DNA of 64,000 nucleotides from assembly GCF_009914755.1 (NCBI RefSeq), contig NC_060931.1. The stretch is one strand, 5' to 3'. The DNA is from the human T2T-CHM13v2.0 reference genome, Homo sapiens. The position numbers and the translations under genes are program-made. This document shows positions 27,148 through 38,495 of the stretch, in pieces (the first letter of the stretch is position 1; each line of letters starts with the position of its first letter). A model generated the notes under the pieces. It made no database searches. It saw nothing but the letters and a program-made list of their open reading frames with translations, and was not told where the DNA came from.

Positions 27148-30100
27148 TCAGCCCCCTCATTTTACAGATGAAGCCCAGAAATGTTTGATGATTTGTTCAA
27201 ATTCATACAGTCAGACCCAGGACTTCTACCAAGTCATTTGTGGGTTTATTTGGAGTTTGAAAGAAAAAAAAAACAAACCTCCATTAATGTATTATGATGA
27301 AACATGTTTTCAGTCACCATTTGAGGTGTCACTGGCTCCATCTTTAGTTCCACCCAGCCGGCCAAATACGTGGTATTTGTATTTGCTTCTCTTAGGACTG
27401 GGTGACTGCCCATGATCCACAGGTCAGGTCTCTTGAAGGTGGTCTTACTTAGATAACAGGTTTCACTGACAGATATGGGAGCATTTCACTGACAGATATG
27501 GGAACGTGGCTATCTCTGGGAAGTAGAAAGACAAGCTGTCCTTTGCCCCAAAGTTATTATGCCTCACCAAGGATTAAAAAACTCCTAAGTGGGCAAGTAT
27601 GCAGGCGGGGGGTAGATTGTGGCAGGAGGCGGCCAGGGAGATCTGATTTTCCTCTCCAGTAAGTTGCTGTTTGTTTGAAAGGCACCACCAGAGTTTGCTA
27701 GCAGATTTTTGGGATGTGCCCCTTGAGGGACCATCTGCTTTGCCTGGTCCTATCTGTTTCCCACTGAAAGAAAGTGACAGCCAGCCACGCCAATCAGCCC
27801 CTGCAGAGTCTGTGCTGAGCCCGGCTTGTCAGGCACACTAGGGCTGGGACAGATAGAAATAAGCGGATAGGAGCTACAGCCCCGCCACACTGCTCCTTCC
27901 AGTGGTCACTAATCCTAGTTAAACCGGAACGGGCCTCCCGTCGTCCAGTGTCAATGGGAAGCAAAGGAGCCTCGGGCTGATGGATTCGGGACTGGCATTG
28001 GCAGAGGGGCTTCATCAGAAAGCCCTGAGAGGGAGGAGGGCGGGGTGGCACCGTGGTCCCGTTGGTGGAGACAGGGATCATGTCAACTGATTTGCTGATT
28101 GAGCTTCAGATCCTAGGAGAACCTTCCACAGAATCACATCAGTGCAGCAGCTGGGCCCATGAAAATATAATTTGCCATTTTCTTTTTATAACTCCAGTGT
28201 CTCCAAAGCACCTGTTTATTCTTTTCCAAATAATTGCTTTGGGAAATTGTGGGGTTTCTGACTGTTTACATTTTAACAAAAGAGAGAGGACTTGAGTCCC
28301 AACTTTCAGAGTTTGTTCCGGTCCAGACAAAAGCCATTCCTTAGTCTGTTTGCAAAATCTGTTCCAAAGTAATTTAGAATAGAAAATATGAAAGCCGACC
28401 TTCCCAGCCATGACAAATCAGAAGATGAATTGTAAAATAAATCTCTGAAGCAGTGTTTATATTTCTGAATCAGAGAGCAAAGTCACTGAAAAGGCAATCT
28501 GTTACAAACTGCAGGATGCACACTAGAACAGCTCAAGGAAAAGAGGAGAGCAGGAGGAGTGTCTCTTCTGTGTTAGGGCCGACTTGAGATCCTGGGTATT
28601 GAAACTGATATTTCTAGATTCTTGTCCTTCCCTGAGAGGGAAGTTTGGTCAACAGAAACTGATATTTCTGGACAATATTCCTATCAGGAAACTTGTACCT
28701 CAAAATATGCCCCCTTGTGCAGATATTTTTGTATTTATTTGTCAAAAATAAATTGTGGAGGAAATTAATAATCCAATTAATAATCACTGAATGAGCCACC
28801 CAATATACATTTACCTTTTTGGGAAACGGTAAATCAAGAAAATATTGCAGGAAGACACCCCAACTCTCTGAGCAGTTTGATGGACGGGTGTCGGTGGTGT
28901 GGATTTTCTTGGACACTAATGATGTGATGTTTGGTTGTCCCAAGGGACACTGGGCCTGGTCACTTGCTGGGGCTACTCATTTTGTTAGTAGTTTGTTAAG
29001 TTACTTGGTACGAATCCATCCGTTTCTCTCTGACCTATATTGACAAGTGGAATTATTAAAGGTCTCAGCCTTGCCAGAGATTCTGTTTCCCTTAAAGGCA
29101 GTCAGTGGTCCATTGCGATGGAGTCAGTGACTAGAAAAGAGGGACCGGAAACGTGAATGGCTTCACTGAGAAGAGTGGGTGGGGGGAGGGTACCTGTTTG
29201 CTTTGCTAAGGGCGTGTCTTGAAGGTTTTAATGAGTGAAATGAGCAGGTTTCCTAATATTTCTCAATTCCAGACACACCAGCATTTCCGTTTCCAGGTAC
29301 TTAAATTTCATTTTCTCATTTGTTTTATTGATCGTTTCCAAATGAATCCAGAGAGACGATGTTACCTGTGTATCCAAGAATACTAACGCAGTAATAATTG
29401 GCAAAAAGAGATTACCTACTCCATCAGATTTGAGTGGCTCCCAGATTTCTCTCCAGTCATGATTGTTAGCAGTAAACTTGATTTTAATAACCGTAGATGA
29501 GATGGAGAGGCAGGGAGGAAGGCAGAAAAAAAAAAAAAGTTGTGATGGTTAGCCAATAGTGATCCGTCTCCCCACTGATTCTTTATTTAGTTGGATTTAA
29601 AAACATTATGATGTATGTGGGCCACCATTCGGTGCATCTAATTAAAATGGTCACATCCAGTGTCATTTCTTCTATGAAACGCATTTCAGAACTTATTCCA
29701 TAGATGGATTATCTACTGACCTTCACATCACTGTAAGCAACAAAGGAATAACAGGAGATTTAACATGAGCTCAGACATTTAGTGTTAAACACATTTCACA
29801 TATGTGAACTAATTTCCCATTTTATCCTCAGAACCACTTTGCCAGGTCCGTAGGGCAGGAATCACCATCCCCATCTTATTGAAAGGCTCACGGTGGCAGG
29901 GTGAGGAATCAGACCCAGGCTTCCTGATTCCACGCTCAAAGCTTCTTAAATCAACTGAGCAGTTGTGCCTCATTCTGTGCTCACTGCCCTTAGTGCTTTG
30001 AGCGAACACCCTTGGTTTTGGGCCATCCTGAGGCAAGTGATGCTAAAAGTACTCAGTATTTACATGATCTGTTTCTGAAAACAGATCATGTAAGCAGAAA

Positions 30101-30596
30101 ACTGCTATTACGAGCTATAATAACTAGTATTTTCTTAAAAAGTATACCCTACGAATCCAATGCATATGACAACAGTGTTTTTGACAGCACATTTTTATTC
30201 AATAAATATGGTTTGTCATATTAAATTGCATCTGTGTTTTAGTGGGGAAAAAATGATCCATGCCCTTAAATAATAAAAGCACATTTAAGAATATATTATA
30301 CCAGTTTATCCGTTTCACTGTTCATTATAGCAGCAAAAATTAGAAAATGACCTTAATGTCCATCAATTTGAGACTGCTTAAATGGATTATGGTACATCCA
30401 TGTTAAGGAATATCACACAACCCCAGGAAAGGAATGAATGAGAACCCTCATATGGGCTGATGTGGAATGGGCACTTGGAATCGTTATATGGAAAAGTACC
30501 TAGCAGTGTGGTGTGTGGAGTATGGTATTATTTGAGTAAACTAGTAGAAAAAAATATTTTTATTGATTTTTATTTTAAAATTGTATGTATTTATTA

Positions 30597-30719
30597 TTTT
30601 TTAAAGACAGGATCTCACTTTATTGCCCAGGCTGGTCTCAAACTCGTGGGCTCAAGCGATCCTCCCATCTCAGCCTCCCAAGTAGCTGGGATTACAGGTA
30701 CGAGCCACCGCATCCAGCC
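30597..30719 (-). mobile_element. FLAM / Alu monomer within decayed L1ME sequence (about 30320-30930)
   Basis: Single Alu arm of about 120 bp ending ...ccaccgcatccagcc. Confidence 0.8.
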
Positions 30720-31016
30720 AAAAAAAGCTTTAGCATATATTTTTTTCATGCAAAGTCATAAATATCCCTTGAAGGATGCAAGAGCCAGTATCACTGATTG
30801 CCTTTGAAGAAGGGAAGTGGGTGTCTGAGGGGTACAGTGTGGAAGGAGATTTTTCCCTGCTACTCTTTCAGACTCTTGGAATTTTAAACCGTGATCGATG
30901 CAGTGCCCTATTTAAAAATTTAAATAAGAGAAAATAATGCGCTGTGTATTAAATTCACATACATTAAAGCATACCCTGAATAAAGAAACATTCTCTGTAT
31001 GGAGTGCTTATGTCAC

Positions 31017-31020
<4 letters not shown>

Positions 31021-31088
<68 letters not shown>
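31021..31088. repeat. (CA)34 perfect microsatellite
   Basis: 68 bp of uninterrupted CA. Confidence 0.98.
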
Positions 31089-31091
<3 letters not shown>

Positions 31092-33759
31092 CAGTTCCAA
31101 CACTCTGCACCCAGGCTGTTTCTTCTCAGCTCAACCCGATGCTGATAGGACACTTTCATTTCTCCATGGGGTCTTTAACGAAGAGTCTGTGTTTAGCAGA
31201 GTTTTACTAAAGGTTGGAGCTGGGAGAGCGTAATGATAGCACAGGGCGCACATCATTAACTACAGTGCAGTGTGTCTGCCCCTGGCAGTGGATTGGCTGC
31301 TGCTTTCTTCCTTCCTGGCATTGCCTCCCCTGACACACAGACCCCTCAGCTGTGCCCTCTGGGACCCTCCCCAGCTCTCCTCCCATTAACCACCCCACCA
31401 TCACCACGCCTTTCTCAAACTGCTGCCAAACCAACTCCCAGAGTCCTCTTGCTTTCTTAGGGCAGGCACCGAAGCCCTCTTTGGTTTCTACTTTCTTCCT
31501 GCAAAACCAAAGAGAGTTACCTTTTCTGGACTGAAGGCCTTCCAACCTTACTGGGTTGTCCTTTACAGATGAACTGTTTCATCAGAGAACAACCTCTCCC
31601 CTCTTGTCTCCCACTCAGCGTTTTGTTTGTTTGTTTGTTTTTTCTTTCTAAATTATTTTCTTCCTTCCCAGCTGCCCGCCTTTATATCCAAGGTGGTCCT
31701 TTCATTGGTTGTTTCACTGTTTCCATCATGTGATCTGCTGGCCTGTCCCGGTATCTTTGCCTAGGAATGATTCCCTACAATGTGCTTGAACAGAGGCCGT
31801 GGCCAGGCCAAGGAGTGAATGTCCAGCCCTCGCTTACTGGCAGAAGTCTTCATACAAGGTTGAGCCTGTCCCGAGTGGTTCTCCCCAGTGCCATGCTCGC
31901 ATCTCATGGCTGGTGTCCCCGTGGTGACTCTGTGCTCATCAGAGTGTTATTGTTGTTGCTGTAATTCTGCAACAGCTCTTATTTGCTTTTTCTCCAGGAC
32001 AGAGTTCAAATTCCTTACAGGAAATTTGCAGCCTGTTTAAGCCTGGGCCCCTTGGAGAAGCAAAGCCTGAGACTGGGGTTTGGTACAGATGGGGAATTTG
32101 GAAAGGCATCCCAGGGAGAGGAGGAGAAGCTGGGCAGGTAAATAGAGGAGGAGAGAGGCTGGTATATGCACGTTGTGGAGCTGATCACCTTCTCAGGAGC
32201 CGGGTAGAACTGCTTCTAAGAGGAATTGAAGTGGGAGTGTTTAACGCATCACCTCCTGTCCCCTCTTGGTTGAGGGGTACCTGTGAGCTGTTAACATTCT
32301 CCCCAGTTCCAGGCCAGGCATGCTGGAGAGCTAGGTGGGTGCCATGGGCATCCCTGGCAGCCTGTGGAGTCCAGTGCAGCTGTCCTTTTCTACTATTGAA
32401 TAGAACCTGCCACACTCAGCCTCCCCTCCCCTCCCCGCCCTGGCATGCTGCACACCACCTTTATGAGAGTTCATCACCCTGTGTCCAGCGTCATTGTTTT
32501 GATCAGTGGTTCTCAAAGCATGGCCCTCGGGAACCAGCAGCATCAACATCAGCTGGGAGGCTGGTTAGAAATGCACGTTCCCAGGAGCCACTGTGTGGGG
32601 GACTCTGGGGTGCCCTCCGCCAATGTGTGTTTTAAGCTTTAGGCAGTTCTGATTCCCACCTGCATTTAAAAATCTGTGGTTTCTATGTCTGTCTCTTTCC
32701 CCAGAGGTGGATCAGTGGGAGGCAGAGGCTACTCCTCAGCCTACTTCCTAATTCTAACGCCCTCCACCTCACTCGGTGAAGCAAGCACTGATTGAATGAA
32801 AAATGGATGGGTGACTTTTAAAATGTAACACATTGCCCCACATTCACCCTAAGGAACAGCGTATCTCAAATTCACCAAGAGGGTGCCTCAGCATCTCCCG
32901 CACCGTCTCTCAGCACGTGCTCCTTCCTTCACTGGGCTAAGATCTGGCCACCAACTCCTTGTAGCATCAGGAGCAGCAGGAGTCTGGAGAAGCAGGGGAA
33001 TCGTGGAGACCATCTCATGCAACCCTTCTGTTTTGCAGGACAGGAAACTGAGGCACCCGGCTCAATAGCTTAGAAAGTATTTCAGTGACACCAAGGAGGC
33101 TTGGATAGAAAAGGATGCTTTTCAGCAGCTATCTTAGAGTTAAGATTGTTGAGGCCTTTTTTTTGGATGGGATCCACAACTGTGCCACTGTGGAGGGGGT
33201 CTTGGTCCTAGGGGGTGGAGAGGCTTGGTGACTTCATTCAGGACAGTAGATTCAAACATAGTGTTACCCATTGTCCTTCACCAAGCAGAGGCGTGCATTC
33301 ATTTGCCAAAGAAAGAACCTGAATTGTTAATGCAGAAAGCATTATGGAGCTGGAAAAGATCACTTGCATTACAGGGTCTAAAGAACCTATAGATTTTCTC
33401 TGCAGGAGGTTCTTTGGAAATAACATGTAACTGACATACCCAGTCTTTTCTCAGGATTCAAGGGTAAATGAAGATGAGCATAACTTAGCTATTATAGTAG
33501 GTGACAGGTACCCTGATGATGCTGACCAGCCGACTTGCTGCCCTTGCACGCAGTCATAAAATGGGGTGGGATAGGATGCAGTGAGAATGGATTTAACTTA
33601 GATTACATCCGCTCATGAGACTGGGTTTTGCCAAGCATTGTTTTAAACCAGAATTCCCTAATGATTTGGGATTTATCACTCAGTCTGAGCAATTGCTGAT
33701 TTGGTTGGCTTGGTGGTTCTCAAACTGACTGAAGGTTGGACTCACTCTGGGAGCTTTTA

Positions 33760-34093
<334 letters not shown>

Positions 34094-34808
34094 AAAAATG
34101 CCCATGTTTGACCCCACCTGCCTATGGAATCAAAGTCTTCACTGGTGAAAGGCACCTGTCGGTCTTTTTTGGCTCCTCAGGTGATTGTCAAGTGCAGGGC
34201 TTGAGAACCTGGGTTAGATGGAAGGGGAGACGAGAGTAAAGGTGATCAGACATTTTGGAGCATTTTCTTTCAAGGACACCTGTCTCACTTCTTCCCATGC
34301 CTCTTATATTCCTGAGGCTCTTTTATGTTGTAAATTAGACCCTAGCCTTCTTTCTCTACTTTTACACAACACGTGAGAAGTCCTCTGGGGAAACATTCTT
34401 CACACAGTTAACTCTGGTGGCTACAGTTACCTGTGCTGGTTCAGGGTTTGGCTTTGCTCCCTTTCCATGACTCCTTTCCCGAGATTATTGCCTGAAATAT
34501 AAATGATGGGAAACAATTAACTGAAGTGGGATTAAAGAATTTAATGAAGGGGCAAGGAAAAGTTAGTCCCTCTCTCAGGGGTCAGCTAGTGGTTTCTTTG
34601 GGTGGATATTAGAAAGAATCTCTTTTTACCAGTTCCTCAATATCGGTGTTTTCAAAGAGGAACGGAAGAGGAAAGTCATCCTAATACATTCAGCGTATGG
34701 AGGGATATGATGGGCCAAACGCCAAACCCTCCTTGTCCCCATCCAAAATCTCTCTAGGAAACAGCTAATTTAGAGACACGGCTCCCGAGAAAGTATTTTC
34801 TATGCAAA

Positions 34809-34828
34809 TAGTGCCATCTTGTGGCTGA
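34809..34828 (-). promoter_or_regulatory. candidate CTCF site
   Basis: The minus strand reads tcagCCACAAGATGGCACTA, close to the CTCF core CCASYAGRKGGCRS, in apparently unique sequence. Confidence 0.5.
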
Positions 34829-35074
34829 AAGGAGAGTTACATGCTGATGACACAAAGGACCAAACCTAACGGATGTGAAAATGTGCAAGAACAAATTTTT
34901 CAGCAATGAATCCATTGAGTCATCCCACTTTCCTCAAGTTTTATAGCACAGATCAGGCTACACAGTGGCTTGGGGTGTCTGTTCTGTAGCCTGTGCTCCT
35001 TCTCTGCATAAGCACGTGGGCAGCTCTGCGGGCCTAGGACTTGTAAAAATCATCCCAGGAATCTAATTCTAGTC

Positions 35075-35690
35075 CAAAAGTGCTCAAACTTCTCGGCCTC
35101 AGGACCCCTCTATACTCTTTAAAGTTACTGAGGACCCCAAAGAGCTTCTGTTAATGTGGGTTAAATCTTGATATTTATGGTATTAGAAAGTAAAATAGAA
35201 AAATCTAAAATATTTATTAATTCTTTCAACATAATAGTAATAAACCTATTATGTGTTAGTATGAATAACATATTTTTGTGAAAAATAACACTGTTTTCCA
35301 AATAAAAAAGTGATGAGAATATTGGCATTGTTTTTACATTTTTGTAAATCTCTTTAGTGTCTGGCTTAAAAGAAGACAGCTGGCTTCTCACATCTGCTCC
35401 TGTATTCAACCTGGGATATATTGTTTTATTTGAAGTATAGGAAGAAGTCTGGCCTCACACAGATGTGTAGTTGGAAAAAAGAGGAGTGTTCTTATAGCCT
35501 TTTCAGGTAAATGTGGGCTTTAAAATATATACTAGACCACAATTCAACAAGTGGTAGTTTCTTAAAGGTTAGTTGCAATGTCAATCACAGAAGGCAATTA
35601 CTGTAATAAAATCAGTTTTGACATCATGGACTCTCTAAAGGGATCTTGGGGATCCCCAAACATTGGTGGGCCACAGTTTGATGAAGAGCC
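35075..35690. mobile_element. Charlie1-type hAT DNA transposon relic
   Basis: ggcctcaggacccc...actgaggaccccaaagagctt...ggcattgttttacatttttgtaaatctcttta...gaagacagctgg. A related, oppositely oriented copy lies at about 54326-54770. Confidence 0.7.
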
Positions 35691-35941
35691 CAGCTTTTCA
35701 AGATGTTTATATTTTGACATCTCCAGAGTGGTGTTTGAGAGGAATTGTCCCACCACTTTTATCACCTTTGACTGCAGGAGGTAAATGATGCTGTCACCTG
35801 GGACTGCTGTACACCTATGGGGACTGGGCAGGCTATGATGAGGAGGCATTCTTCTGGACCTGACCCACCAAGCGCCTGCCCTGAGCACGACCTCAGAGCT
35901 CTTCCCAGTGGCTCTCACTAGGCGGTGGGGGGACAACAGGC

Positions 35942-36718
35942 TGAGTCTATATGAGTTTTAATTTTAGGGATCCCTCTGGGGTTGTTGAATGTTTTTAATT
36001 TCATCGAGGCTTTTTAATCATGGGACTTTTAAATAATTTATTCTGGAAGAAAATTTTTATAATGTTTAAAACAGGGTAGTGTCTTGTTTATATTTTAGTT
36101 GGGCTTAATCGTAGGAACAGTGTTGGTAGATTTAGGGTGATTACTTTCATTTTTAAGGTGAAATTGAGCTGTTTTTGTCTTTTTAGTAATTATATGGTGG
36201 TTTTTGGCTGTGAGTAAAATATTAATGTTTGTTTATTAGTCTAGGTGGGATGATATGTTAAAAAGATAAAAGACAATAATTTGGATAAGTATTTAGGGTT
36301 CTCTTGATTAAAGGTTTTTTTTTAATTAAATAGGTTTGAGGTGAGAAATGGAGAGTATATTTGCATTATGTCTGTGGGTCATCTATTGGCACTTAGTTTT
36401 TTAATTGGTAAGCGTTGAAATAGAGACTCTTGTTTGAGGAGTCTTAGCCCCTCACCTAAATTGGGTATTTTGTTGAGTATGGGATGTGAGATTATACTTG
36501 ACTTTTTTGATTTGTTTTTCTAATTAGGGGAGTTTGTCTTTTTTTGTATTTTTGTTTTTGAAGAAACTGGAGGGAAAAAGTTATAGGAGTTGATGAAAAA
36601 GTTGAAGGAGAGTGTTATTATTTTAGACCTTTGTAAGGGGAGAAAAAGTTGAAAGTAGTGAGACATAGTAAAAGTTGAACTTTTGATTTATAAATTTGAG
36701 AAGTTTTTAAAGAATGAC
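35942..36718 (-). mobile_element. ERV1 (gammaretrovirus-like, MER4-group) internal fragment, including a G-to-A hypermutated gag capsid pseudogene (about 35983-36420)
   Basis: Minus-strand translation YSPFLTSNLFN*K...QENPKYLSKLLSFIFLTYHPT*TNKQT...NILLTAKN...TVPTIKPN*NIN aligns with Gag p30 motifs (PFSSSDLYNWK, SEDP, HQPTWDDCQ, LLTGEE, PxWD). Strong C depletion on the + strand. Confidence 0.8.
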
Positions 36719-36996
36719 TGTTACATATAATGCTCTAGTTATTTAAAATATTATCTAAAACTTTAAAAACACAGACTTTCCTCCTCAAATCCCTAAACTC
36801 TCCTCCCTTACTCCCTAGCCACATTAAAAATTCCCCATTTCTACTTTTTATTAAAACAAATTTTTAAAATCTTGCCTTCCCCACCTTCTTACTTTAATCA
36901 GATCAAATAAACATTTCTCTATCTCCAAACACCTGTGTATCACTATTTAACATCAACTACACACCAAGTACACAAACCTAAATTTAGACTTCAACA
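36719..36996 (+). mobile_element. ERV1-type LTR 3' portion, G-depleted
   Basis: AATAAA at 36906-36911, U5-like tail and terminal ...cttcaaCA; only 1 G per 60 bp in 36781-36900. Confidence 0.6.
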
Positions 36997-38181
36997 CAAG
37001 CCTAGGGCCTGTGTCATCAGGAAACAGTTCTGCAGGTGCAATTCTGATATATATGGCCAATGAGGAGCCACCGACTGGGTCTCATTCTCTTCTCCGTACA
37101 GAGGAAATACCAAGACTCAAAGCTCAAAGTGACATTGAACAAGGAGGGTTGGAAGGAGGAAACACAATTTTAGCAGAGCCTATTATTTTCCTTCTTTGGC
37201 CTCGTACTGGGTATCACCCTCTTTGTTACCTCTCCTGGGCTTCTCCAGCTACCATCTTTGTGTCTATTTCATCAGGATGTGGCAGTCTCCCCACCCCACC
37301 CCCAGAGTGAGTAGCTGTCATTTTTGCCACCCAGAGCCACCTCAGTGTAGGAGCTTCTGGTGGAGTCATATCTGCCCACTAATCCCAGAGGTGGATTTGT
37401 GATTCAAGGCCAAGCCGAAGGACCCCGTGTCCCTGGCTAGGGTGGTTGGTTCAAGGGTGACCATGTGGTCAAGTCAGAGCCAGGGGAAGACAACAGACTT
37501 TTACCGTGAGTTCCAGGAGCCAGGCCTTTCACCCTCTTTCTGCTTGGCTCAATTAGGCAGGAAGTAGAGCCTGGGCTGCTGAAGGCTTCCCGCCACCCGA
37601 TAGAGCCTGAGAATGGAGCCTGGAGAAAGTAGAGCCTGGAGATGGGGAGAGAGAAGCTGAGTCCTGAGGCCTGATCTGAGCTTCTCGCGGAGCTGCCCTT
37701 CAGCCCGCCCCCGTCTCTGGATGTTCCAGTACTGCTGGCAGTTCATTGCTGCCTTGCCTTTGAGCTGGGTAAGCAGATGTTGGTGCTGCATTTAAGTCGG
37801 CAGCTGCTATCATCCCCACAAGAACTGGAACCCACCTGTCAGCTCCCTGCCACCTCTGCTGTCCTTCATTCCCACTCACCTTACTTGTCACCATTACTGA
37901 GGAAGCTTAGCTATTCAAGTTCAGGTTCATTTTAATTTTAATCCAATAATCCACACTACCCTTCTTTAAAATGGTGGTGTTAAATCAGAAAAAGGGGACC
38001 TCTAGTGTTTACTGAAATGGGTAGGAATGTAGCATCTTGTTTACCAGGCAGACATGGGAAATAACCCAGAAGCCACTGCTGGAATGCAGCCGTCATCCTT
38101 TACCTCCTGGCTCCACAACATATATATATGTAGACCTCTTACAGTTAAATGCATTTCAGTAAGATTAAGGCGCTCTGCTAA

Positions 38182-38495
<314 letters not shown>

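Noticed and set aside
35942-36996. Bisulfite-conversion artefact, NUMT or simple low-complexity explanation for the skewed block
   Set aside because: Conversion is incomplete, switches strand mid-block and is confined to retroviral-looking sequence. The translation gives Gag motifs rather than mitochondrial genes.
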